Below are positions 11,155-24,960 of a stretch of DNA of 63,017 nt, piece after piece. The notes under the pieces are model-generated. The model made no database searches, had not been told where the DNA came from, and worked only from the letters and a program-made list of their open reading frames with translations. Source of the DNA: a bacterium (GTDB lineage Bacteria; UBA10199; 2-02-FULL-44-16; DYJF01); contig JBGSNL010000037.1 of NCBI GenBank assembly GCA_041739675.1, positions 1 to 63,017 on the forward strand, written 5' to 3'. The position numbers and the translations under genes are program-made. Within the stretch, counting starts at the first letter, position 1, and each line of letters opens with the position of its first letter.

Positions 11155-11841
11155 CTACTCCATGAAGCGATAGCCCACTCCGTGCACTGTTTCTATGTAT
11201 TTGCCGGCGGGACCCAGTTTTTTTCTCAACCCCACAATCTGGACATCGACCGACCGGTCCGTGACGGAATGGCCCTCACCTTTCACACCGTCTATGATCT
11301 GGTTCCTCGTGAAAACCCAGCCGGGCCTTCTTGCAAGAAAGGCCAATAGGCCGAATTCCGTGGCCGTCAATTCAACCTTCCTGTCTTTTACCAGAACCTC
11401 GTGGCGTTCCGGGTTGATTACCATGTCGCGGATCTTAATAACGACATTGGTTTCGGGCCCCTTCCTTTTGTCACTGCGCAGCACATTCCTGATCCGCGCA
11501 ACAAGAACCCTTGGACTAAACGGTTTTGTAATATAATCGTCCGCCCCCAGCTCGAGACCCGCAACAATATCCGCATCCTCTCCTTTCGCGGTCAGCATGA
11601 CAATCGGGATGCGGGCCGTTTTCGGATCGGCCTTGAGTTTTTTGCAGACATCGAGACCGTCGACTCCGGGGAGCATAAGATCCAAAATGATTATATCCGG
11701 CCTCATCTCCGGCGCTTTTGACAACGCCTCCTCGCCGCTTTTCACGCTGTCGACTCTATATCCCTCTTTTGTGAGATTGTACTCCAGGAGTTTTTGAATA
11801 TCCTCTTCGTCATCAACAACTAGTATTTTTTCTTTTGCCAT
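11155..11841 (-). CDS. phoB: OmpR/PhoB-family response regulator
   Basis: VVDDE, LDLMLP, GADDYITKPF, RSVDVQI..LRKKL; inside the pho cluster. Confidence 0.9.
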   Translation of the reverse strand: MAKEKILVVDDEEDIQKLLEYNLTKEGYRVDSVKSGEEALSKAPEMRPDIIILDLMLPGVDGLDVCKKLKADPKTARIPIVMLTAKGEDADIVAGLELGADDYITKPFSPRVLVARIRNVLRSDKRKGPETNVVIKIRDMVINPERHEVLVKDRKVELTATEFGLLAFLARRPGWVFTRNQIIDGVKGEGHSVTDRSVDVQIVGLRKKLGPAGKYIETVHGVGYRFME

Positions 11842-11848
11842 TAGCGAA

Positions 11849-12847
11849 TCAGTAGGCTCTTGATATGAGATATGTCAAGGCCGCGATCACGGCGGCGGCC
11901 GGAATGGTGAGGATCCATGCCCACACTATTTTTGTGGCCACCGTCCAGCGAACCGTTCCCAGGCCGTGCGTCGAACCTACTCCAATAATCGATCCCGTTA
12001 TTGTGTGCGTGGTTGAAACCGGAATGCCGAATGCGGTCGCGCCGAAAAGTGTCGCCGCCGCGGCGGTTTCCGCGCAGAATCCGCCCGCGGGTTTAAGCGG
12101 CGTGATCTTCATGCCCATCGTCTTGATGATGCGCCAGCCGCCCGACATTGTGCCCAGCGCAATTGCGGCGTGACACGAGAGGATGATCCAAAGCGGGATG
12201 TGGAACTCCGTCCCCAGGAAACCGTTGGAGAAAAGCAGAATTGCGATGATGCCCATCGTCTTCTGTGCGTCGTTGCCCCCGTGCCCAAGGCTGTAGAGCG
12301 CCGCGGAAACGAGCTGCAATTTTCTGAAGTGTTTGTCCACTTTTGCCGGTCTGCTTCTCGCGAAAAAAAAATTCAAAGTCGATGAAAAAACAAACCCGAT
12401 GAGCACGCCTATCATCGGCGCGATGAAAATGAACGCCGACACCTTGAGAATTCCCGCCCATATCAAAACGGCCATACTGCCCGTCTTCGCCAACGCCGCG
12501 CCAATGAGACCGCCGATCAAAGCATGAGAAGAAGATGTAGGCAGTCCCCAGTACCATGTTATGAGGTCCCAGACTATTGCACCGACGAGCGCTGCCAAGA
12601 TGACAAACGAGTCTACGATTTGAGGATCGACGATCCCCTTGCCGATCGTCGTCGCGACATGAACCTTGAAAATAAGGAAAGCTATGAAGTTAAAAAAGGC
12701 GGCCCAGATTACCGCATACCTGGGAGAAAGAACCCTTGTGGAAACAACGGTCGCCACAGAGTTTGCAGCGTCATGAAAACCGTTGATAAAATCGAAAAGC
12801 AGCGCTACCGCAACGAGGGCAATGACAAAAATTAGCGTGGTAGTCAT
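11849..12847 (-). CDS. pit: inorganic phosphate transporter, PiT family
   Basis: NGFHDAANSVAT, HGGNDAQK, PVSTTH. Confidence 0.94.
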   Translation of the reverse strand: MTTTLIFVIALVAVALLFDFINGFHDAANSVATVVSTRVLSPRYAVIWAAFFNFIAFLIFKVHVATTIGKGIVDPQIVDSFVILAALVGAIVWDLITWYWGLPTSSSHALIGGLIGAALAKTGSMAVLIWAGILKVSAFIFIAPMIGVLIGFVFSSTLNFFFARSRPAKVDKHFRKLQLVSAALYSLGHGGNDAQKTMGIIAILLFSNGFLGTEFHIPLWIILSCHAAIALGTMSGGWRIIKTMGMKITPLKPAGGFCAETAAAATLFGATAFGIPVSTTHTITGSIIGVGSTHGLGTVRWTVATKIVWAWILTIPAAAVIAALTYLISRAY

Positions 12848-13564
12848 TTAGGCGTGTTTCAAAATGATGTTTTCAATGATGTTGGCGACATCTTCGCACT
12901 TGTCTTCCGCCGCCTCCAGATTTTCAACTATTTCCTTGAGCTTGATGACTTCTATGGCGTCCCAATCGTTCCTGAAGAGATTCTCGATAACCACGACCAT
13001 CTTCTCATCGGCCTCGTTTTCCAGGCGGTTGACCTCGATGCAATGGTTCAGGACCTTTTTCACGTTCTTTAAACTCTCAAGCCCGGCGATCGCCTTTGCA
13101 ATCTCCTCAGCAGACCGGTTGACGATCTCCGCCAATTGCGCGACCTCATCGGGCATCTCGGAAATGTTGTAGATGGTCAAGCGTTTGCCGATGTAATAGA
13201 CGATGTCCAATATGTCGTCCATCTTGACGACAAGGGTGTGGATATCCGAGCGGTCAAACGGCGTCAAAAACGTCTGGTGGAGCAGGTCCACCACGTCATG
13301 CGTGATCTTGTCGCCCACGTGCTCGTAGTCTTTCAGCTGTTTTACAAGCTCCTCGCGCTCGTCCTTGTTGGCGATCATTCTGCGAAGGAGCTTTGTGCCG
13401 TCCAGTATATTTTTGCTGCTTTTTTCAAAATAGCTGAAAAAGTCGTGGGTCTTCGGGAAAAACCTGATTTTCGAGATGAGGCGCCTTATGGCTCCCAGCG
13501 GCGTTGAGGGTGCATCTCTTCCTATCTTCACAGGCTCTCTTAGGACCACTTGATCACTCTCCAT
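12848..13564 (-). CDS. DUF47/PhoU-like PiT accessory protein
   Basis: EHVGDKITHD, TFLTPFDRSDI, ENEAD, DKCEDVAN; SD GGAGG before ATG 13564. Confidence 0.9.
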   Translation of the reverse strand: MESDQVVLREPVKIGRDAPSTPLGAIRRLISKIRFFPKTHDFFSYFEKSSKNILDGTKLLRRMIANKDEREELVKQLKDYEHVGDKITHDVVDLLHQTFLTPFDRSDIHTLVVKMDDILDIVYYIGKRLTIYNISEMPDEVAQLAEIVNRSAEEIAKAIAGLESLKNVKKVLNHCIEVNRLENEADEKMVVVIENLFRNDWDAIEVIKLKEIVENLEAAEDKCEDVANIIENIILKHA

Positions 13565-13710
13565 TCTTCCTCCCGGCCGGGCGGCGCCAATTTTCAAATT
13601 GTAACGGGAATCGCTCTCGTGCTAAACGTTTACGGGGCGAGCTCTACCTAATTGAGCCCTCCGCGTCAAGCGCTCCTTAAATAGAGCGCCTTTTCAAGAG
13701 GTTACTGACT

Positions 13711-14850
13711 ATGAATCTTGAGGCAGAACTTTTAAAATACATAAAGGGAACGTATCTCCCGGGGCGTTTTCGCAAGTCCGCCTCCAACGCATCTTTTACA
13801 GAAAAGGATGTGCTTTTTTTCGCCGAGGGAGCGTTGGATCTCTCCGATGCGTTCACTGTGGGCCGGAAAAATCTTCCGAGAAATTATTTCAACAGAAAAG
13901 AGGCGCGCTCCGCGTATCTCCTTTACTTCACGCTCACAAATTTTGCCAAAGTCACAAAGTGTCTCTGGGAAGCAGACCGTCTGACCTCTTTTAGGGCGGC
14001 CCATGATGACATTAAAATTCTGGATCTGGGCTCGGGACCTGGAACCGCAGCGCTCGCCTGTTCCGCATTCTTAAAGGACCGGCGGGCGTTCATCACCGGC
14101 GTCGATCAAAACGGAGAAATCTTGAAAGATGCAAGGGCGCTTTTTTCTGCCGCTAAAAACCCAAATCACAAATTTGAAACGATAACGGAATCGATCCGGC
14201 CGTCTTTCATCGGAGGCCGGCTCAGAGAAAAACGTTTCAACCTCATCGTCGCCGCCAACATCCTTAACGAAATCGGCCCGGCGGCCGAGCAACAAGCTCT
14301 TTGCCAAACGCTCATAGACAGGCACCTTGAGGATGACGGCATTCTTATTGTCATAGATCCTGCGCTGCAAAACACGACGCGTGCGCTCATGGAGGTGCGG
14401 GATAACCTAAACGCCGAAATTTTGAGCCCGTGCACCCATCAAAAGCCGTGTCCCATGTTTGCGCACAACCGGCGCGATTGGTGCCACTTTTATTTGGAGT
14501 GGAACTGCCCTGAAATCATAAGAAAGGTCGACCGCCTTCTGGAAATCAGGCACGATTATCTGAAAATGGCGTATCTCATCTTGCAGAAAAAGAGGAGTGC
14601 TTCTGAAACAGAAAAAGATAGCACCCTCTGGCGCGTTGTAAGCTCGCCCCTTTCCTCGAAGGGAAAGTGCGAGTTTGTGTTGTGCGGAGAGGGGCGCTTG
14701 AGGCGAATCTGCCGCCTTGATCGCGATCAATCGGACAAAAACAGATCTTTCGGGGGGATCAAGAGGGGTGACGTGCTTAAGGTTTCGTTTTCACACGACC
14801 GAATCGGGAGAAACGATTCGCTCTCAGTTGAAGTCCCATTCAAAGTCTAA
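13711..14850 (+). CDS. Rsm22-family SAM-dependent methyltransferase
   Basis: LDLGSGPGT SAM motif; SPCTHQKPCPM...WCHF Cys cluster. Confidence 0.75.
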   Translation: MNLEAELLKYIKGTYLPGRFRKSASNASFTEKDVLFFAEGALDLSDAFTVGRKNLPRNYFNRKEARSAYLLYFTLTNFAKVTKCLWEADRLTSFRAAHDDIKILDLGSGPGTAALACSAFLKDRRAFITGVDQNGEILKDARALFSAAKNPNHKFETITESIRPSFIGGRLREKRFNLIVAANILNEIGPAAEQQALCQTLIDRHLEDDGILIVIDPALQNTTRALMEVRDNLNAEILSPCTHQKPCPMFAHNRRDWCHFYLEWNCPEIIRKVDRLLEIRHDYLKMAYLILQKKRSASETEKDSTLWRVVSSPLSSKGKCEFVLCGEGRLRRICRLDRDQSDKNRSFGGIKRGDVLKVSFSHDRIGRNDSLSVEVPFKV

Positions 14851-15749
14851 ATTCCGCGCAGCTCGTCGATCAAATCTTTCATGTCTTTCGGAATCGGCGA
14901 TTCGAATTTCATCTTCTTTCCCGTGGCGGGGTGTTTGAATCCAAGCCGGTATGCGTGCAGGGCCTGCCTCCAAAAACCGGCCCCTTCGCCGTAGAGTTTG
15001 TCCCCGATTATCGGATGGCCGATACCTGCCAGGTGAACCCTGATCTGGTGCGTCCTTCCGGTGAGGACGCGAAGAGCCAGAAGCGCGGCCTTCCCGTATC
15101 GTTCCTTGACGCGATACTCCGTGACCGCCTCTCTTCCTCCTTTTGAGGCCCGAACCTTGCGGCCTCCCCCGAAATTCCCTTTTTCAAGCGGCGCATCTAT
15201 CCTTCCCTCGTCATCCTCGACCGCGCCCTCCACAACCGCCAGATATTGACGGTCTATGTCGTGGCGGCGAAATAACTCCTCGATTCTTTCGCCGATTTTC
15301 GATTTCGCAAAAACGATCGCGCCGCTCGTGTCTGCATCAAGGCGATGGACGGGTTTCAGATAAGAAGCCGTCTTGTATTTCCTTCTCAAATAGGCGCGGA
15401 CCTGATCCTCAAGGCTCACACTGGCCGACCCCTCTTGCGGCACGGAGAGAACCCCGGCGGGTTTATCGATCACAATGATGTCCTTGTCCTCGTACAGTAT
15501 CTTTACAAAACCGCCCGCCTTTCCGGTAAATTTCGCTTTCTCCTTCGAAGAAACCCTTTCCTGAAGCTCAACCCTGTCCCGGGGCGAAAGTTTCCACCCG
15601 GCAATATAGACCTTTTTTCCGTTGATGCGAACATCTCCCCCATCTAACGCGCGCTTGAGGTGGCTCCGCGAAAGACCGCTTTTTTTGCAGAGCCAGACAT
15701 CGATTCTTTGGCCCGCTTCATTTACCGACACGACATAAAGTTGTTTCAT
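14847..15749 (-). CDS. RluA/RluD-family pseudouridine synthase with S4 domain
   Basis: RIDVWL (S4), KPAG, VHRLDADTSG, TGRTHQIRVH. Confidence 0.93.
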   Translation of the reverse strand: MKQLYVVSVNEAGQRIDVWLCKKSGLSRSHLKRALDGGDVRINGKKVYIAGWKLSPRDRVELQERVSSKEKAKFTGKAGGFVKILYEDKDIIVIDKPAGVLSVPQEGSASVSLEDQVRAYLRRKYKTASYLKPVHRLDADTSGAIVFAKSKIGERIEELFRRHDIDRQYLAVVEGAVEDDEGRIDAPLEKGNFGGGRKVRASKGGREAVTEYRVKERYGKAALLALRVLTGRTHQIRVHLAGIGHPIIGDKLYGEGAGFWRQALHAYRLGFKHPATGKKMKFESPIPKDMKDLIDELRGI

Positions 15750-15821
15750 AAAAACCCCTGACCCAAAATCCCTTGAAAGAGCGTTGCCGCCGTGTTAGTC
15801 TCCGAAAACTTAGGAGGCCTT

Positions 15822-19875
<4,054 letters not shown>

Positions 19876-20116
19876 TTTATCCTCCCGCTCTTTTCATGCT
19901 CTTTAAATATATAAAAATAAAAACCGTAGTATTAGAAGGCACGGGGGAAATGTTGATAACTCACCTACAAGGCCGACACTAAAAGCGATTGGGCTGTGAG
20001 TTTTGGGCCGTGGGCATGTGTAAATTCCCCGTCTGAGGAGAAGTAAACCAGCGCACCCTGAGATGTCAACAGGCAATTCCTTTTATATACACAGGGAAAC
20101 TGTGAAGATCCGTGCA
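19876..20116. other. replication origin oriC, unwinding region
   Basis: Minus strand: DnaA box TTATCAACA (19951-19959), GC patch CCCCCGTGCC, trio-like TTC-TAA-TAC-TAC, then AT-rich TTTTTATTTTTATATATTTAAA; further degenerate boxes near 20017 and 20085. Confidence 0.8.
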
Positions 20117-21436
20117 TTAGTGGCGAATCGTTTTTTCGAGGATGGAAATCTCCTCCTGGAGCCTCAAATTTGTCTCTAAAAGCGATTCAATTTTTCGGCA
20201 GGCGTGCATTACAGTCGTGTGATCTTTTCCGCCGAACTTTGCGCCGATCTCGGGGAAAGAGCAGTGGGATATCTTTTTGCACAAATACATCGCTACCTGC
20301 CTAGGATGGGCAAGGGTTCTTGTTCTTCGGGGCGATTTGAGATCGGGAACGGAAACCTTATAAAACTCCGCGACAATTTTCTGTATGGCTTCGACCGAGT
20401 AGATAGGCTCTCTTTCCTGGATGATGTTTCGGAGGACCTCTTTTGTGAGGTCCAGCGTGATCGGCGCTTTCGTCAACGACGCGAACGCGCTCAAGCGGAT
20501 AAGTGAACCCTCCAACTCCCTGACGTTCGATTTTATTGAACTTGCGAGGAACATGGCGACGTCGTCAGGGCACTGCAGTCCTTCGGCATCGGCTTTTTTC
20601 TTGAGAATTGCAACGCGCGTTTCCAGATCCGGGGGTTGTATGTCGGCTATGAGGCCCCACTCGAACCGGGAACGCAGGCGCTCTTCGATTCCGGGGATCT
20701 CTTTGGGCAGCTTGTCGCTCGTTATGACGATCTGGCGCTGGGATTCGTGGAGCGTGTTGAATGTGTGGAAAAATTCGTCCTGTGTGCGCTCCTTGCCCGC
20801 GATGAACTGTATGTCGTCTATGAGAAGCACGTCGAGCTTTTCCCTGTATTTTTTTCTGAGCTCCGGCATGCGATCGTATCTGATCCCGTTGATGACCTCG
20901 TTTGTGAACGTCTCGGAGCTTACATACAGCGCGGAGAAATCCGGGCGCTGTTTTAGAATGTGGAGCCCGATCGCATGCAACAGGTGTGTCTTACCCAAGC
21001 CCACGCCGCCGTATATGAACAGGGGGTTGTAGTGGCCGCCTGGAAGGTCGGCGACCGCGCGGCAGGCGGCATTGGCAAACTGATTTGAAGATCCCACGAC
21101 GAAACGGTCAAAACTGTATTTGGGATTGAGATTGGAAATCGTTCTCGATTTTTGAGGCGCTGCGATTTGAGGAGCAAAGACAGGCGTCTCTTCCGAAGTG
21201 ATTTCAAATGTGAGCTGGAGCGTATCGCCGGTCATTTCGAAGAGCTCCTGGCGGACAACGTCTCCGTAATAATCGTTGATCCAATCGGCGACAAATTTAT
21301 TGGGAACGGTCAGGGTCAAAACCCCATTGGAAACAGCACCTTTCGTAATCGGCCTAAACCAGGTGTTATAGTTTAAATCGCTGATTTTATTCTGGATTTT
21401 CTCTTTGAGCTGGTCTATTAGGAAGTGTGGTTCCAT
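20117..21436 (-). CDS. dnaA: chromosomal replication initiator DnaA
   Basis: NPLFIYGGVGLGKTHL, LLIDDIQF, RLRSRFEWGL, GGKDHTTV. Confidence 0.99.
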   Translation of the reverse strand: MEPHFLIDQLKEKIQNKISDLNYNTWFRPITKGAVSNGVLTLTVPNKFVADWINDYYGDVVRQELFEMTGDTLQLTFEITSEETPVFAPQIAAPQKSRTISNLNPKYSFDRFVVGSSNQFANAACRAVADLPGGHYNPLFIYGGVGLGKTHLLHAIGLHILKQRPDFSALYVSSETFTNEVINGIRYDRMPELRKKYREKLDVLLIDDIQFIAGKERTQDEFFHTFNTLHESQRQIVITSDKLPKEIPGIEERLRSRFEWGLIADIQPPDLETRVAILKKKADAEGLQCPDDVAMFLASSIKSNVRELEGSLIRLSAFASLTKAPITLDLTKEVLRNIIQEREPIYSVEAIQKIVAEFYKVSVPDLKSPRRTRTLAHPRQVAMYLCKKISHCSFPEIGAKFGGKDHTTVMHACRKIESLLETNLRLQEEISILEKTIRH

Positions 21437-21440
21437 AAAG

Positions 21441-21471
21441 TATCAACAAGCCTATCCACAGGTGTGGATAA
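21441..21471. promoter_or_regulatory. DnaA box cluster at the dnaA start
   Basis: TATCAACA (21441), CTATCCACA (21452) and an inverted consensus TGTGGATAA (21463). Confidence 0.8.
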
Positions 21472-21652
21472 GCCCCCCGTTCAGTGAGGGCGTCTCTGTA
21501 ATCAAGTGGGGCGGGAGTTTGCAAGGGAAAAATTATTTGGTCAGAAGGAAAACGAAGAAACTAGATGAACGATATCAAAATTCGCCTTGACAATATGTCG
21601 AAAAGACACCTATTCGGGCGGACACAATTTGCAATTCTTATGAAGGGGAAAT

Positions 21653-21790
21653 ATGAAAAGAACCTATCAGCCAAGTAAAATTCATCGCAAGAGAGCGCAT
21701 GGTTTTAGAAAGAGGATGCGGACGAAGGGCGGAAGGAAGGTCCTCTCTGCCAGGCGCCGCAAAGGGCGCAAGCGCTTGACGCCGGTGTAA
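21653..21790 (+). CDS. rpmH: 50S ribosomal protein L34
   Basis: Below the ORF-track cutoff; manual translation [45 protein letters not shown]. Confidence 0.97.
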   Translation: MKRTYQPSKIHRKRAHGFRKRMRTKGGRKVLSARRRKGRKRLTPV

Positions 21791-21797
21791 GCAAATC

Positions 21798-22133
21798 ATG
21801 CCGCAGTTTCAAAGAAGCGAGCGGGTAAGGACCGGGCGCGACTGGGGGAGAGCGCGAAAGGCCAGGCTGCGCGTATCTGCCGAAGCCATTTCAATTTCAG
21901 TTGTGCCGGACACGAAAAAGAAGTTGGGGGTCGTCGTCGGAAGCGTGGTCGGCAATGCGGTCGTGAGAAACCGAATCAAAAGAGTGGTGAGGGAATATTT
22001 CCGGCTCTGCCGCGACGAGTTTCCGGCGGGTGATTGCGTGGTTGTTATCAGGCCCAGGGCAAAAGGGCTTGCAAACAAGGAGATTAGAGAGCAGCTTGGC
22101 GCGATTTTAAAAAGGATCGGAAAGAAACTGTGA
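21798..22133 (+). CDS. rnpA: ribonuclease P protein component
   Basis: GNAVVRNRIKRVVRE (RNR motif); follows rpmH. Confidence 0.93.
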   Translation: MPQFQRSERVRTGRDWGRARKARLRVSAEAISISVVPDTKKKLGVVVGSVVGNAVVRNRIKRVVREYFRLCRDEFPAGDCVVVIRPRAKGLANKEIREQLGAILKRIGKKL

Positions 22134-22339
22134 GAAAAATTTTATTAGGGCTCATCCGCGTGTACAAACTTTTCCTTTCGCCGCTCATCGGCGGCCAGTG
22201 CCGTTTTTATCCCAGCTGCTCGGAATATGCGGGGCAGGCGGTCCAAAGGCACGGCGTATGGACCGCGGCCGCGCTTTCGGTGAAAAGGATCCTTCGTTGC
22301 AATCCGTGGAACGCCGGCGGTGTTGATTTTGTCCCCTAA
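22130..22339 (+). CDS. yidD: membrane protein insertion efficiency factor
   Basis: CRFYPSCSEYA, RILRCNPW. Confidence 0.95.
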   Translation: MRKILLGLIRVYKLFLSPLIGGQCRFYPSCSEYAGQAVQRHGVWTAAALSVKRILRCNPWNAGGVDFVP

Positions 22340-22359
22340 ATGAAACCGAGGAGAGAATA

Positions 22360-24036
22360 ATGAAATCAGAGTACAGAGGAATTTTGGCGATCGCGCTTTC
22401 AGCGGGAATTTTTATATTGTGGTACACCGTGATCTCTCCGCCGAAACCGGCGCCCGCACCCGTACCGGCAGCTGCGGTCGCCGAACAGGCCGCACCACAA
22501 CAGGGCGCGGCGGTTCCTGAAAAGGCAAACGAGGAGAAACCGAAAGGGGACGCCAACGATCCTCAGGCCTCTTACCCCGTCAAGACATCAACGATAGAGA
22601 CCGATCTTATAAGCGCCGAGTTCACGACCGACGGCGGTGCGCCTGTAGCGTGGACGCTGAAAAAATATGAGCAGCAGATTGAAAAACAAAGCGTACCCGT
22701 GGATCTTTCGTATTCGGGAGACGGCGCTTTTCAGTCGATGGATCTGAAATTCATCGGCGCCAACTTTGCGTTTCCGGACCGCCCCCGCTACAGGCTTGTT
22801 GATGCGACGGCCGATTCGCTGATTTATCGTTGGGAATCTCCCGAGGTTGAAGTTGTAAAAACGATCAAGCTTTCAAAAGAGGGTTATCTTGCCGACGTGA
22901 CGATCGACGTCATGAACCACTCGGATCGGATTTTGACCGAACGGCCCGCCCTTTCATGGAGCGGGACGCACATCCCGCCGAAAAAAGAGGGGTTCTTCAG
23001 CTTTTTGAAACAACCGCCGTCCACCAACAAGTCGCCGGTCTATTATCTCAACGGATCGACGAAGCGCGAGACGAACATTGCAAAGATATCAGACGAACAA
23101 AAAACCGGGACGTTATATTGGGCGGGGCTTGAGGACAGGTATTTCATTTCGGCCGTCATCCCGCGCGATGTGAGTTCACAAATTTCCGCGGAGATAGCGA
23201 GCAAGGAACTCGAAGGCACAAAGGGAGGAGCGGAGCTCTCAACCGGCGCGGCGCTGGCGACGGCCTCAATTTCACCGGGACAGAAAGTCGTTCACAAGTT
23301 CTCCATCTATGCCGGCCCCAAAGAAATCAGCCAGCTCAAGGCGGTTGGAGTGAGGCTCGAAGAGGCAATCGACTACGGATGGTTCACAGTGATCGCCGTT
23401 CCGATTCTTTATTGCCTGAAATTTTTCTATAACATCGTGAGAAATTACGGCATAGCGATAATCCTGCTGACAGTTTTCATAAAACTCCTTTTGCATCCGA
23501 TAAACGTGAAATCTTTGAAGTCGATGAAGCAGATGCAGCAGCTGCAACCGAAGCTCAAGGAACTCCAGCAAAAGTTCAAAGGAGACAAAGAGAAACTGAA
23601 CGTGGAGACGATGCAGCTCTTCCGTTCGCACAAGGTGAACCCGATGGGCGGTTGTCTGCCCATGGTTTTGCAGTTCCCTATATACATCGCGCTCTATAAA
23701 GTTCTGTGGAGCTCGATTGAACTTTATCGCGCGCCCTTTTTCTGGTTCTACAGGGATCTTTCGGCCCCCGATCCGTACATGATCACGCCGATCCTTCTTG
23801 GAATAGGAATGGTTCTTCAGCAGAAGATGACGCCCTCTGCGTCCGCGGATCCAACCCAGCAGAAGATGATGATGTTCATGCCTATCATGTTTTCCGTCTT
23901 CATGCTCTTTTTGCCGGTGGGGCTCGTGATTTATATTCTCATCAATACGGCGATGAGCGTGACGCAGCAGTGGATGTACAACAACAACGTAAGGCTTCGC
24001 GATCTGGTGAGGGGTAAGCTGCCGGCAAGGGCCTGA
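22360..24036 (+). CDS. yidC: membrane protein insertase YidC
   Basis: YAGPK, IDYGWF, VNPMGGCLP, DLSAPDP. Confidence 0.96.
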   Translation: MKSEYRGILAIALSAGIFILWYTVISPPKPAPAPVPAAAVAEQAAPQQGAAVPEKANEEKPKGDANDPQASYPVKTSTIETDLISAEFTTDGGAPVAWTLKKYEQQIEKQSVPVDLSYSGDGAFQSMDLKFIGANFAFPDRPRYRLVDATADSLIYRWESPEVEVVKTIKLSKEGYLADVTIDVMNHSDRILTERPALSWSGTHIPPKKEGFFSFLKQPPSTNKSPVYYLNGSTKRETNIAKISDEQKTGTLYWAGLEDRYFISAVIPRDVSSQISAEIASKELEGTKGGAELSTGAALATASISPGQKVVHKFSIYAGPKEISQLKAVGVRLEEAIDYGWFTVIAVPILYCLKFFYNIVRNYGIAIILLTVFIKLLLHPINVKSLKSMKQMQQLQPKLKELQQKFKGDKEKLNVETMQLFRSHKVNPMGGCLPMVLQFPIYIALYKVLWSSIELYRAPFFWFYRDLSAPDPYMITPILLGIGMVLQQKMTPSASADPTQQKMMMFMPIMFSVFMLFLPVGLVIYILINTAMSVTQQWMYNNNVRLRDLVRGKLPARA

Positions 24037-24037
24037 T

Positions 24038-24661
24038 ATGCATATACCCGATGGGTTTTTAAGCATCCCCGTCAGCGCGGCAAGCGCCGCGGTCTCTTTC
24101 GGCGCGCTTGCGCTGGCCGTCAAAAAAGTTCAGAAAAAACTTCAGGAGAGACTCGTTCCCCTCATGGGTGTACTTGCGGCATTCATATTTGCCGCGCAGA
24201 TGTTCAATTTTCCTGTTGCGGGGGGAACGTCCGGGCATCTATTGGGGGGTGTTTTGACGGCGGTGATTGTGGGTCCGTGGGCCGCAATGATCGTCTTGAC
24301 GTGCGTGCTTATCGTCCAGTGTCTTCTCTTTCAGGATGGTGGCCTTCTTGCCTTGGGCGCAAACATTTTAAACATGGCCGTGATAGGCACGTGGTGCGGA
24401 TGGTTTTTCTACGCGGCGGTCAAAAAAGCGCTTCCGCAAAAAATCGGCGGAGCGGCCGGCATTTTTATTGGGGCGTGGTTTTCGGTCGTGATAGCCGCCT
24501 CGGCGGCGGCCCTTGAGCTCGGCCTTTCGGGGACGGCTCCGCTGAAAGCCGCTCTTATCGCAATGGTTTCCGTTCACGCCGTAATCGGCGTTGGTGAAGG
24601 AATAATCACCCTTTTTGTTTTTTCATTCCTCAAGCGCGTAAAGCCGGAGTTGATTTCGTGA
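24038..24661 (+). CDS. ECF Co/Ni transporter substrate component (CbiM/NikM)
   Basis: N-terminal MHIPDGFL; GGTSGHLLGG, QDGGLLALGAN. Confidence 0.92.
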   Translation: MHIPDGFLSIPVSAASAAVSFGALALAVKKVQKKLQERLVPLMGVLAAFIFAAQMFNFPVAGGTSGHLLGGVLTAVIVGPWAAMIVLTCVLIVQCLLFQDGGLLALGANILNMAVIGTWCGWFFYAAVKKALPQKIGGAAGIFIGAWFSVVIAASAAALELGLSGTAPLKAALIAMVSVHAVIGVGEGIITLFVFSFLKRVKPELIS

Positions 24662-24960
24662 GCCGCAAATCGATAATTGTCTCGCTTCTCGTCTGCGTGT
24701 TGGTGGTGGTTCTGGCCGCTATCTTTGCGTCATCTCATCCCGACGGTCTTGAATGGATCGCAGGGAAAATGGGATTTGAAAACAGCGCCACGACTACTAT
24801 AAAATCGCCGCTGCCGGACTACACAACACCCACCATGGGCGAAGGTGTCAGGTCAACCGCTGTTGCGGGGCTATTAGGGGTGGCGGCGGTCTTTTTGGGC
24901 ACCGTTATTGTCGGCCGGATATTCAGCGGGAGAAAAGGCCGCGGTAAATCCGTCGAGTAG
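24658..24960 (+). CDS. PDGLE-domain protein (NikN-like ECF component)
   Basis: ASSHPDGLE motif, PLPDY, two TM helices. Confidence 0.88.
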   Translation: MSRKSIIVSLLVCVLVVVLAAIFASSHPDGLEWIAGKMGFENSATTTIKSPLPDYTTPTMGEGVRSTAVAGLLGVAAVFLGTVIVGRIFSGRKGRGKSVE

